In this document: positions 18,222-27,171 of the stretch, piece after piece
Layout: each line of letters opens with the position of its first letter
Numbering within the stretch: the first letter of the stretch is position 1
From: Perlucidibaca piscinae DSM 21586
GTDB taxonomy: Bacteria > Pseudomonadota > Gammaproteobacteria > Pseudomonadales > Moraxellaceae
Reading direction: 5' to 3'
DNA length: 32,000 nucleotides
Assembly (NCBI RefSeq): GCF_000420045.1
Contig: NZ_ATUE01000007.1
Location: 141,202 to 173,201 of the forward strand
The notes under the pieces: model-generated
The model's database searches: none
Told to the model about the DNA's origin: nothing
What the model saw: only the letters and a program-made list of their open reading frames with translations
Translations under genes and position numbers: made by a program

Positions 18222-19241
18222 ATGGGCGTGGTTGAGCAATCCCCCGGTACTGTGGCGCTGCCTGCGCAGCGTCACAGTCACAGGCCGGGGCGGCATTGCG
18301 GCAGCTCAGCGATCAGGGATTTGCTGGAGTTTCATGGCCTGACCATGACTGAGGCATGTTGCTTTGGGCTTGGCGCCGGGCTTGGCATTACCTACGTTGA
18401 GGTGCCGGGGTCAGCGACCCCTTTTATTGTTCACGTTCGCTCCATGGGGTTCGAGGAGAAGGTATTCGCGACACTGGGTGTGCCGTTTGCCTGGGAAGCC
18501 TTTGCGGAAAAGGATCAGGCGAGCGATGCCCTGAATGAAGCATTGCTCGGCGGCCGTCCTGCGTTGCTGCTGACGGACATCTATCACTTGCCGTATTTCA
18601 ACAGCAGCACCCACTTTCCGGGGCATGCCATTGTTGCTTGGCAGCTTGATGCGCAGCGCAGTGAGGTGATGGTCAGTGACACCGAGCGGCCTGGCCTGAT
18701 GCCGGTGCCTGTTGACAAGCTTGCCGACTCCCGCTTCTCCACTTCAGCCCCCTTTGTGCATTACGGAAACATGTATGCCCCGCAGCACATTGATGCGGAA
18801 GTATCTCCATCGAGCATGCGACGGGCCATTGTCGATAATGCTGCCAGCCTGATGCGGGGCAATCGCCATAGTGGGCTGGCCGCACTGGATACTTGGATTG
18901 CTGAGTTGTCACGCTGGGCGGCTGACCCGAACTGGCGTTGGAATCTGCGATTTGCCTATCAGGTCATCGAGAAACGAGGTACTGGCGGCTCGGGCTTTCG
19001 CGCCATGTACATAGAATTCCTTGAAGAGGCGCGAGAGCAGTTGCCGCAAGTGAGACGCGGCGGGTTGCTCGAAAAGATGCGCGCTTCGGCTGCAGCATGG
19101 TCAGGGTTGGCTGCGGTACTCAAAGCTGGTTCGGAAGCGGATGCTTTTCCCTATTCCAAAATCGAAGCGGCAATACGTCAGGTTCGTATCCATGAGCAGT
19201 GCTATGCGGACAGTGCGCTCTCCGTGTTTCCTGAATCCTGA
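18222..19241 (+). CDS. BtrH_N / DUF4872-like protein (papain-like Cys-His acyltransferase/hydrolase fold)
   Basis: GRHCGSSAIRDLLEFHGL (candidate nucleophile Cys) and HFPGHAIVAWQLD (candidate His). The length and layout match BtrH-N plus DUF4872 proteins as I remember them. Confidence 0.6.
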   Translation: MGVVEQSPGTVALPAQRHSHRPGRHCGSSAIRDLLEFHGLTMTEACCFGLGAGLGITYVEVPGSATPFIVHVRSMGFEEKVFATLGVPFAWEAFAEKDQASDALNEALLGGRPALLLTDIYHLPYFNSSTHFPGHAIVAWQLDAQRSEVMVSDTERPGLMPVPVDKLADSRFSTSAPFVHYGNMYAPQHIDAEVSPSSMRRAIVDNAASLMRGNRHSGLAALDTWIAELSRWAADPNWRWNLRFAYQVIEKRGTGGSGFRAMYIEFLEEAREQLPQVRRGGLLEKMRASAAAWSGLAAVLKAGSEADAFPYSKIEAAIRQVRIHEQCYADSALSVFPES

Positions 19242-19291
19242 GCAGTGTGATGAGGCTGCATCAGCCCGTTGTCGTGAGCAGGCGGAGTCGT

Positions 19292-19777
19292 ATGAAAGGT
19301 GATACCGGAATGGCGGAACGTTATTTGACAATGGCAAAAACTTTTTTCGGAACATCACACCCCTTGTTCAATGCATTTGGTGTGGAAGTAGAAGAAGTTG
19401 GCAAGGGGCGGGCGGTCATGAGCATTCGTCACCAACCGTTTTTGGCGGGTCGCAGTGGGGGTGTGCATCGTGGCGTCATCATCACCCTGCTCGATACCAA
19501 TTGCGGGTTAGCCATATTCTCAAGGCTTGGTGACATGAGGCCGATTGCAACCATCGACCTGAGAGTCGACTTCATTGCTGAGGCTGGTTTCGGAGACGCA
19601 GTAACCAGTGAGGTCGAGTGCTATGCGGTTAAGGGTGACATTGCTTACGTTCGTGGCAGGGCATCGACTGACTCAGGTGATCAGCTGCTGGCGACTGTAT
19701 CGGGTTCATTCGCTGTCGGTACCCTCGGTCCCGCGTTTGATTCTTCAATGAAAGAACAGGGTGGCGTGAATGGGTAA
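19292..19777 (+). CDS. PaaI/YigI-type hotdog-fold thioesterase (1 of a tandem pair)
   Basis: ..NAFGVEVEEVGKGRAVMSIRHQPFLAGRSGGVHRGVIITLLDTNCGLAI.. The start is ambiguous (19247, 19292 or 19310); 19292 has the SD GGCGGAG. Confidence 0.72.
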   Translation: MKGDTGMAERYLTMAKTFFGTSHPLFNAFGVEVEEVGKGRAVMSIRHQPFLAGRSGGVHRGVIITLLDTNCGLAIFSRLGDMRPIATIDLRVDFIAEAGFGDAVTSEVECYAVKGDIAYVRGRASTDSGDQLLATVSGSFAVGTLGPAFDSSMKEQGGVNG

Positions 19778-20216
19778 TCCGGGTGCACAGGGTGCCGGTA
19801 ACGACTGTAAGGATAAGGTTGTGCTGTTGAGTCCAGTACAGGCACAGTTGCTGGAGAAAACTCCTTTTGTCGGCTTCCTCGGCATCGAACTGATCGATTC
19901 TGTTGAAGAGCTAATTTATCAGCTGACTTTCCGCGACCAGCATATCGGCAATCCGCTATTACGCACATTCCACGGGGGCATACTGGCAAGTTTTGGTGAG
20001 ATCAGTGCTGCTTTGCATGTGACCGGTGTCCTTGGCCTGGAAAGAGAGCCTCATTGTGAAAGCATGACATTTGATTACCTGCGCCCTGCATTTGCCGGCA
20101 CCATCCGCGCGGTGCCTCGCATCATCAGGTCAGGTAAGCGATTCATCGTTGTATCAGTAGGAATTTATCTTGATCAGACCTTGGTTTCGATGGGTAGGTT
20201 CATTTATAGCAGATAG
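19770..20216 (+). CDS. PaaI-type hotdog-fold thioesterase (2 of a tandem pair)
   Basis: ..PFVGFLGIELIDSVEELIYQLTFRDQHIGNPLLRTFHGGILASFGEISAAL.. Its ATG overlaps the upstream stop by 8 nt (ATGGGTAA). Confidence 0.7.
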   Translation: MGNPGAQGAGNDCKDKVVLLSPVQAQLLEKTPFVGFLGIELIDSVEELIYQLTFRDQHIGNPLLRTFHGGILASFGEISAALHVTGVLGLEREPHCESMTFDYLRPAFAGTIRAVPRIIRSGKRFIVVSVGIYLDQTLVSMGRFIYSR

Positions 20217-20254
20217 TTCAGTCAGCGCCAGAAGACTGTTTTGCTGGGGGAAGC

Positions 20255-21805
20255 ATGATTTTATCACAAACGCTACGTCGAGCCGTTCAACAAAATGCAA
20301 GTGGAACGGCTACGGTATACAAGGGCAGGCGACAAACTTGGAAGGCGTTCTCCGAACGTATCGCAAGACTGGCTGCTGGCATTTATGCATTGCTTCCGGA
20401 GAGCAATGCACGTGTTGCCATTCTGTCTCTGAACAGTGATCGCTATCTGGAGTATTTCTATGCGGTGCCATGGGCGGGCGGGATTCTGAATCCGGTTAAC
20501 ATTCGTCTTGCGCCGCCGGAAATTGCCTACACGCTGAATGATTCAGAATCTTCGGTACTCTTCGTCGATGATGCGTTCAGTGCCATGCTCCCCGTGCTTC
20601 GTCCACTGCTGAAAAATGTTGAGCATGTAGTATTCATGGGGGATGGCCCACGGCCGGAAGGCTGTATCGACTATGAATCGCTGATATCCGAATCTGCACC
20701 GATGGAAGATCAGGCCGAGGGAGGGCAACAGCTTGCCGGGCTGTTTTACACAGGGGGAACCACCGGGCGCTCCAAGGGTGTAATGCTCAGTCATGACAAT
20801 CTGGTTTTCAATGCACTGAATGTAGTTCCTGAAATGGGCTACGGACAGAGCACCATCTATATGCACGCCGGGCCGATGTTTCATCTGGCGGATATGGCCA
20901 GCACCTTTGCCGTCACCTTGGCAGCGGGAACCCATGCCATTGTGCCACGTTTTGATGTCGAGGAAGTGCTTTCACTGATACAAACAGAGCGTGTTACTCA
21001 TACGCTGCTGGTGCCGACGATGATTAACATGCTGGTCTCGTCGGGCAAGATCAGGAATTTTGATACCAGTAGTCTGCAACGCATGTTGTATGGCGCCTCA
21101 CCAATGCCGGAGGCGGTGCTGATCGAGGCCATGAAGCAGATGCCGAATGCAGCATTCGCGCAGGGTTACGGGCAGACGGAAGCATCGCCGATATTGACCG
21201 CCCTAGCGCCAGAGTTCCATGTGTCGGGTGGTGCGAAATTGCGCAGTGCTGGCCGTGCTGCACTGGGTGTCGAGGTTGTGATCATGGATAAGGATGATCG
21301 CGAGCTTCCTTGTGGTGAGGTTGGTGAGATCTGTGCCCGCGGAGAGAACGTCATGCTGGGTTACTGGGGGATGGAGCAGGCATCGGCAGAGACCTTGCGT
21401 AACGGTTGGCTCCATACCGGCGATCTCGGTTATATGGACGAGGATGGCTTTGTCTTTATCGTCGACCGGGCCAAAGATATGGTCATCAGTGGCGGTGAAA
21501 ATATCTTTTCTGTCGAGGTCGAAGGCGCGATCTACAGCCATCCTGCCGTTCAGGAATGTGCGGTGGTTGGCATTCCTCACAAAGAGTGGGGAGAAATGGT
21601 GCATGCCATCGTTGTCCTTCGCGATGGTCACCGCCTGGACGAAGAGGATCTGCAGGCCCATTGCCGGGCGCTGATTGCCAGCTACAAAGTGCCACGCAGC
21701 ATTGAGTTCCGCGAGCAAGCCCTGCCAGTGAGTGGGGCCGGGAAAATCCTCAAGAACGAGTTGCGAGCTCCGTATTGGGAGAAGATGGAGCGTGCCGTCA
21801 ACTGA
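20255..21805 (+). CDS. AMP-dependent acyl-CoA synthetase/ligase (fatty-acid-CoA ligase type)
   Basis: AMP-binding motif YTGGTTGRSKGV, GYGQTE, TGDLGYMDEDGFVFIVDRAKD, and the C-terminal GKILK. Confidence 0.9.
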   Translation: MILSQTLRRAVQQNASGTATVYKGRRQTWKAFSERIARLAAGIYALLPESNARVAILSLNSDRYLEYFYAVPWAGGILNPVNIRLAPPEIAYTLNDSESSVLFVDDAFSAMLPVLRPLLKNVEHVVFMGDGPRPEGCIDYESLISESAPMEDQAEGGQQLAGLFYTGGTTGRSKGVMLSHDNLVFNALNVVPEMGYGQSTIYMHAGPMFHLADMASTFAVTLAAGTHAIVPRFDVEEVLSLIQTERVTHTLLVPTMINMLVSSGKIRNFDTSSLQRMLYGASPMPEAVLIEAMKQMPNAAFAQGYGQTEASPILTALAPEFHVSGGAKLRSAGRAALGVEVVIMDKDDRELPCGEVGEICARGENVMLGYWGMEQASAETLRNGWLHTGDLGYMDEDGFVFIVDRAKDMVISGGENIFSVEVEGAIYSHPAVQECAVVGIPHKEWGEMVHAIVVLRDGHRLDEEDLQAHCRALIASYKVPRSIEFREQALPVSGAGKILKNELRAPYWEKMERAVN

Positions 21806-21846
21806 TAGGCGGGTTTCAAATAACTGACCGGATAAAGGTGAATTGC

Positions 21847-23007
21847 GTGAATCTTGAGTTTACTGACGAAGAAATCGCGTTCCGCAACATGGTGCGTGCA
21901 TGGATGAAGGAGAATGTCTCTGACGATTTGCGCAGCGTGACTGCGCGCGGGGACATGACCAGCAAGGATCAGCAGCAGCGTTGGGAAAAACAGCTGGGCG
22001 ACAAAGGCTGGCTCGCTCTGACCTGGCCCGAGCAGTATGGTGGGCCAGGCTGGACCGCGACACAGCGCTATATCTTTGATCTTGAACGAGCCATGGCGGG
22101 CGCGCCACCGACCAGTCCTTTTGGCGTGTCGATGGTCGGCCCGGTGATTTATACGTTTGGTTCGGAGGCGCAAAAGCAACGCTGGCTGCCGGGCATTGTC
22201 AAGGGCGATACCTTGTGGTGTCAGGGCTACTCGGAACCCAATGCCGGCTCCGATCTTGCGTCCCTGAAAACCCGTGCCGAGCGCAAGGATGATCATTATC
22301 TGGTCAACGGCCAGAAGATATGGACTACGCAGGCCCACTGGGCAGACATGATTTTCTGTCTGGTGCGTACGGACAGTACCGTCAAGCAGCAACAGGGCAT
22401 TTCGTTTCTGTTGATTGACATGAAAACGCCGGGGATCGAAGTTCGACCCATTTACACCATCGATGGGCATCATCACCTGAATGAGGTGTATTTTTCCGAT
22501 GTTCAGGTGCCACTGGAGAATCTGGTGGGTACAGAAGGGATGGGCTGGACGATTGCCAAGTTTCTTCTCACCCATGAACGCACCACCATTGCCGGCGTCG
22601 CCGACAGCCATCATGCCATGGCCAGGCTGAAGGAGGCTCTGCATGCGGCGCCGCGTTTCGCCGTGCCAGCTCAGGCTCGTCGTCGTATTGCCGAGCTGGA
22701 AATCGAGCTGATGGCGCTGGAATACACCAATTTCCGAACCGTTGCCGCAACGGACGAGGGACGCCCGTTTGGCCCGGAGTCATCCGGGCTCAAGATCAAG
22801 GGCACCGAGTTGCAGCAGAAGCTGTCTCAGACCATGGTTGAGTTGGGTGGTTTGATGTCTCTCGTATGGGACAGTGAGGAGCCGGTTGGCAGTGATCAGT
22901 TCAACAATTCACCGCGTCGTTATAATTTCCTGCGCGCGTCGACCATCTACGGCGGATCGAACGAGATCCAGAAGAATGTTCTGGCAAAAATGTTGCTGGG
23001 TCTGTGA
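21847..23007 (+). CDS. acyl-CoA dehydrogenase, catalytic-type subunit
   Basis: The GTG start at 21847 (SD AAAGGTGA) gives VNLEFTDEEIAFRNMVRAWM. It has the FAD motif YSEPNAGSDL and the catalytic-base context YGGSNEIQKN. Confidence 0.85.
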   Translation: MNLEFTDEEIAFRNMVRAWMKENVSDDLRSVTARGDMTSKDQQQRWEKQLGDKGWLALTWPEQYGGPGWTATQRYIFDLERAMAGAPPTSPFGVSMVGPVIYTFGSEAQKQRWLPGIVKGDTLWCQGYSEPNAGSDLASLKTRAERKDDHYLVNGQKIWTTQAHWADMIFCLVRTDSTVKQQQGISFLLIDMKTPGIEVRPIYTIDGHHHLNEVYFSDVQVPLENLVGTEGMGWTIAKFLLTHERTTIAGVADSHHAMARLKEALHAAPRFAVPAQARRRIAELEIELMALEYTNFRTVAATDEGRPFGPESSGLKIKGTELQQKLSQTMVELGGLMSLVWDSEEPVGSDQFNNSPRRYNFLRASTIYGGSNEIQKNVLAKMLLGL

Positions 23008-23016
23008 GGTAAGGCA

Positions 23017-24126
23017 ATGGATTTCAAGCTCTCCGAAAATACGACAATGATCGCGGATACCGCCAAGCGCTATCTCAAGGATCAGTACAGCTTTGATATT
23101 TATAGAAGTGTTCTCGCTCAGACTAATCACCTTGAATCATCGCGCTGGGAGATGATGCAGGAGCTTGGCTGGTTTGGTCTGCCATTTTCTGAAGCGGTCG
23201 GCGGCTATGGTGGTGATCTCATCGACGTTGCCATGATTGTCAGTGAAATGGGCGCGTCGCTTTGTCTTGATCCCTACGTCGATATGGTGGTGGCGCCGGG
23301 GAAGCTTCTTGAGTCTGTTGATTCGGAGCCGGCAAGACAATTGCTGGCTTCAATCATCGATGGAAAATCGGCAGTGGCCTGCGGATTCTATGATATCCAT
23401 AGTGGTTATGATGCGCTGAGCCCATCGTTGGTCATTGAAGGTAACAGGCTTTCCGGGCAGAAGAGTTTTGTCCCGGATGGCGGGTTTGCGCAAAGCGTTC
23501 TGGTGACGGCGCGCAGAGGGAAGGAGCTGGCGCTGGTGCATGTGCGCTTGTCAAACTGTGAAGTGGATAGTCACAGGGCGCTTGATGGCTCCCGAATGTC
23601 CAGCATTGTGTTCGATGATGTCATGCTCGATGATGACGCGATCATTGCTTGCGGCGCCGAGGCAGAATCGGCAGCGACTCAGACGCTTGCCTGGTTGCAG
23701 GCCCTTGATTGTGCGCGTATGTATGGTGCTGCCCGAGCACTCTATGAAAAAACACTTGATTATGCAAAGACGCGCAAGCAGTTTGCTGTCCACATTGGCA
23801 GTTTCCAGGTAATCCAGCACTATCTGGTCGATATGTTTATTGATCTCCAGCAGCTGGAATCAATGTTGCTGATGGTTTCAATCAAGGCTGCCAGCGGCGA
23901 TGCGGCAGAGCGCGACCGCGCCTGTGCTGCCGCCAAAGCCTACTTCGCTGACAAGGCTGTGCGAATCGCCCAGCAAGCCATCCAGATTCATGGTGGCGTC
24001 GGGGTTACCGAGGAGCTGGATGTTGGCCATTATTTTCGTTTGATTACACACTGCTCGCTTTCCCATGGGGCGGGCGACATCCAGGTCGAGCGGTTTGCCG
24101 CCTTGAGTGAGGCCGCACATGGATAA
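23017..24126 (+). CDS. acyl-CoA dehydrogenase family protein, probably a non-catalytic partner subunit
   Basis: It has ACAD-fold length and a C-terminal block ([11 protein letters not shown]). It lacks the (S/T)EPxxGSD FAD motif and has GAGDIQ where the catalytic Glu motif is expected. There is a 9-nt gap to the upstream ACAD, with SD GAGGTAAGG. Confidence 0.75.
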   Translation: MDFKLSENTTMIADTAKRYLKDQYSFDIYRSVLAQTNHLESSRWEMMQELGWFGLPFSEAVGGYGGDLIDVAMIVSEMGASLCLDPYVDMVVAPGKLLESVDSEPARQLLASIIDGKSAVACGFYDIHSGYDALSPSLVIEGNRLSGQKSFVPDGGFAQSVLVTARRGKELALVHVRLSNCEVDSHRALDGSRMSSIVFDDVMLDDDAIIACGAEAESAATQTLAWLQALDCARMYGAARALYEKTLDYAKTRKQFAVHIGSFQVIQHYLVDMFIDLQQLESMLLMVSIKAASGDAAERDRACAAAKAYFADKAVRIAQQAIQIHGGVGVTEELDVGHYFRLITHCSLSHGAGDIQVERFAALSEAAHG

Positions 24127-25720
24127 CCGTTACGACTTCATTGTTGTCGGTGCCGGTTCTGCCGGCTGTGTTCTGGCGAACCGATTGAGTGAATCGGGAA
24201 AGTTTTCGGTTTGTGTGGTCGAGGCCGGGCCCCATGATAATAGCGGTTTCGTTAATGTTCCCTTCGGCGTGATCGGCCTGATACGCGAAGGTAAAAGAAA
24301 CTGGGGTTACTATACTGCCCCCCAGAGTGAGCTCGGCAATCGACGTCTGTACTGGCCGAGAGGCAGGACGCTGGGTGGAAGCAGCTCGATCAATGCCATG
24401 GTCTATATCCGTGGCCAGCATCTCGATTATGACGATTGGCAGGATGCCGGAGCAGCCCACTGGGGCTGGCAGCAGGTCAGGCCGGTATTCAATGCTCATG
24501 AGAACAATGAGCAATACTTGCCCGACGACTGGCACGGTCGGGGTGGCCCCCTCAATGTCACCCGGGTCACTGACCCGAATCCCCTCAGCGCCATGTTTGT
24601 TCGCGCCGGCGTCGAGCTTGGCTATCCTGAGAACGACGACTTCAACGGCGCCTCACAGATGGGCTTCGGGCGTTTCCAGGTGACCCAGAAGGACGGGCGA
24701 CGCTGGAGTGCGGCGCGCGCATTTCTGGATCCGGCGAAAGCGCGGCCGAACCTGACGATCATGACCGATATGCTGGTGACCCGTGTGCTTGTCGACAACG
24801 GCCGAGCGCGCGGCATTGAATGCCTTGATGCCCAGGGGAAAACCGTCACACTGACCTGTCAGCGGGAGGTCGTGCTGTCAGGCGGTGCCATCAACTCACC
24901 CCAGTTACTGATGTTGTCCGGTATCGGCGACCGCCAGCACCTTGAGGAAATTGGCATCAGGTGTATCGTCGACTCCCCCCAGGTGGGCAGGAATCTCCAG
25001 GATCACCTGGATATGACGGTATCCATTCGTGACAAGAGCCGGCAGTCGATCGGCTTCTCGCCTTTTTTCCTGCCGAGGCTGATCAGGGCATTTTATGACT
25101 ATGTGCGGCATAAGCGCGGCTTCCTTGCCAGTAACGCGGCCGAAGCAGGTGCGTTTTTGAATGTTGGCGGTGGTGCGCGCCCTGATATTCAGCTGCATTT
25201 TATCCCCGCCTTCCTGCGTGATCATGGCCGGGAGCTGACACCGGGTTTCGGTTGTACTGTTCACGTTTGCCAGTTGCGGCCAAGGAGCCGGGGTTACATT
25301 TGCCTGCAGGATAATGACCCGCGTAGCGCGCCCTTGATTGACCCGCGCTATTTGTCAGACCAGGACGATATCAGGGTGCTACGTGAGGGGGTAAAACTGG
25401 TGCGTCGCCTGTTCCAGACTGATGCTTTTGCGCCCGCCTTTGGTGGCGAAGATCTGCCTCCGGCAACGGTAAAAACGGATGCGCAGCTGGACGAGGATAT
25501 TCGGCAGCGGTCAGAGACGATATACCATCCAGTGGGCACCTGTCGCATGGGTGAAGACCGTCTGGCGGTGGTTGATAGCCAGCTTCGAGTCAAAGGCATC
25601 AGTGGCTTGCGTGTTGCCGATGCATCGGTGATGCCATTGCTGATCAGCGGCAACACCAATGCGCCTTGTATGATGATCGGTGAGCGTGCTGCGGGCTTTA
25701 TGCTTGAGGAGAGCGCATGA
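24119..25720 (+). CDS. GMC-family FAD oxidoreductase (AlkJ/choline-dehydrogenase-like alcohol dehydrogenase)
   Basis: [43 protein letters not shown], and the C-terminal HPVGTCRMG active-site block. Its ATG overlaps the upstream stop by 8 nt. Confidence 0.9.
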   Translation: MDNRYDFIVVGAGSAGCVLANRLSESGKFSVCVVEAGPHDNSGFVNVPFGVIGLIREGKRNWGYYTAPQSELGNRRLYWPRGRTLGGSSSINAMVYIRGQHLDYDDWQDAGAAHWGWQQVRPVFNAHENNEQYLPDDWHGRGGPLNVTRVTDPNPLSAMFVRAGVELGYPENDDFNGASQMGFGRFQVTQKDGRRWSAARAFLDPAKARPNLTIMTDMLVTRVLVDNGRARGIECLDAQGKTVTLTCQREVVLSGGAINSPQLLMLSGIGDRQHLEEIGIRCIVDSPQVGRNLQDHLDMTVSIRDKSRQSIGFSPFFLPRLIRAFYDYVRHKRGFLASNAAEAGAFLNVGGGARPDIQLHFIPAFLRDHGRELTPGFGCTVHVCQLRPRSRGYICLQDNDPRSAPLIDPRYLSDQDDIRVLREGVKLVRRLFQTDAFAPAFGGEDLPPATVKTDAQLDEDIRQRSETIYHPVGTCRMGEDRLAVVDSQLRVKGISGLRVADASVMPLLISGNTNAPCMMIGERAAGFMLEESA

Positions 25721-25724
25721 GCCG

Positions 25725-25751
25725 CCGGGCGGTGTGTTGCCTGCCGCCCGG
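25725..25751. terminator. bidirectional stem-loop between convergent genes
   Basis: CCGGGCGG (25725-25732), an 11-nt loop, then CCGCCCGG (25744-25751). It sits in the 42-bp gap between the GMC gene and the PaaI gene. No clear U-tract is present. Confidence 0.5.
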
Positions 25752-25762
25752 TGCGCTGCGAT

Positions 25763-26176
25763 TCAGGCGATACGGTAGACCATTGTCCCGTTGGCGATCG
25801 GTCTTCCTGAGCTTTCCTCACTGATCGCCACCTCGGTAAAGATCAGCTCGCGGCCACGTTTGACAGCTGTTGCGCTGGCGATGATGTCACAGCCGAGAGC
25901 TGCGGAAAGATAGTTCACGGTCATGGAGACTGTCGCCGCTTTCATGCCTCGGGAGGGGTCGTGACCGGACCAGGCGGCCAGCGCGCCGGTCAGATCCAGC
26001 AAGCTGCTGATGGTACCGCCATGCAGCGCGTTGCCACCGCCGGCAAGCTCTGCCCGGAAAGGCAGGCGCACCACCGCCTTGTCCCTGGTGACGCTGACAA
26101 TCTGGATGCCTAGCAACTTCTGGAATGGCACATCAGGAAACGCACTGATCAGTGAGTCTATGAAGTTGCCTGACAT
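25763..26176 (-). CDS. PaaI-type hotdog-fold thioesterase, module B
   Basis: The start is taken at MSGNFIDSL (26176, SD GGAG) rather than at the ORF-track start 26218. Motif: ..VVRLPFRAELAGGGNALHGGTISSLLDLTGALAAW.. Confidence 0.75.
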   Translation of the reverse strand: MSGNFIDSLISAFPDVPFQKLLGIQIVSVTRDKAVVRLPFRAELAGGGNALHGGTISSLLDLTGALAAWSGHDPSRGMKAATVSMTVNYLSAALGCDIIASATAVKRGRELIFTEVAISEESSGRPIANGTMVYRIA

Positions 26177-26272
26177 GAAGTTTGCTCCTGAAAAGGTGTG
26201 GCGCACGCTCTCTGCCATGAAAGCGTGCGCTGGATTGAAGTGATTCGAGTGTAATGGCGAAGCCCGCAGCTG

Positions 26273-27145
26273 TCATGCAACGCGGTTCTGATAGACATCA
26301 TGCAGAGCGCCACCCTCTGCAAAAAGTCGTTTCCGCCATGCGGACTCCAGAGCTCGCGTATCATGATTTTCAGGATGAAAGCGCTTGCCGATAAACTCAG
26401 GAACCCGTGGCAGAATTCCTGTAACAAAACCGTTCTTCCCGAACAGCATCGAAAGTCCCTTGACATTATCACCGATATTGCCTAGCTGCCTGTCCTTCGC
26501 CAGCATCCAGGCCCAGGTAATGCCGAGCATGGGCAGCAGCACTACCAGAGACGCCGCAGCGGCCGCGATACGCTCACCATGACTGTTTCCGATAACCTGA
26601 TAGACATCGTAGGCGACCGATTTATGTTCGAGTTCTTCGAGTGCGTGCCACTGCCAGATCTTGATCATTTCCGGATCGGCCAGGCTCTGGAAAGACTCGT
26701 CCTCGAGCAACTGCTCTGCCAGCAATGCGGTAAAGTGCTCCATGAATGTCGTGGCAGCGAGGCGTGTGCTTGACGGTAGCATTTCCAGAACGCGAAGGCC
26801 GATGCGGACAAACCGGTCTGGCGTTTCCATGTCAAACCCCTTTTCTGCCAACAGCGTGTTCAGTCGGTCATGTTCCCGGCCATGAATCGCCTCCTGCCCA
26901 ATAAAGCCGGAAATGGCTGCGCGTAACTCGTTGTTGGTTATGCTCGATCTGAACGGTCTTACCGACTCCATGAAGTAGCGTTCCCCGGGAGGGAAAAAAC
27001 CGGATAGCATGGCAAAGAAAGTCGTCGCGGTGGCATTTCCCGCATAAAAGTATTTCCGCATCGCTTCAGGAAATACGAAATCAATGTGTCGCGGTGGTAT
27101 GCCAACGGAGGCGCCGCTCAGGGTGGTGTTTGCTTTGGCTGTCAC
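26273..27145 (-). CDS. PF10118/COG3687-like protein, paralog 3
   Basis: GTG start with SD AAGGAGA. The motif spacing is E55-X29-E85-X2-H88 and E136-X34-E171-X2-H174. Confidence 0.78.
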   Translation of the reverse strand: MTAKANTTLSGASVGIPPRHIDFVFPEAMRKYFYAGNATATTFFAMLSGFFPPGERYFMESVRPFRSSITNNELRAAISGFIGQEAIHGREHDRLNTLLAEKGFDMETPDRFVRIGLRVLEMLPSSTRLAATTFMEHFTALLAEQLLEDESFQSLADPEMIKIWQWHALEELEHKSVAYDVYQVIGNSHGERIAAAAASLVVLLPMLGITWAWMLAKDRQLGNIGDNVKGLSMLFGKNGFVTGILPRVPEFIGKRFHPENHDTRALESAWRKRLFAEGGALHDVYQNRVA

Positions 27146-27171
27146 GATGAGTCTCCTTGTTTTAAAACCAT

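Noticed and set aside
17706-18296. 196-aa minus-strand ORF
   Set aside because: It is antisense to PF10118 paralog 2 and the start of the BtrH-like gene. Its translation is His/Arg/Gln-rich and has no motifs.
21682-22644. 320-aa minus-strand ORF
   Set aside because: It is antisense to the first ACAD gene, whose plus-strand frame carries FAD and catalytic motifs.
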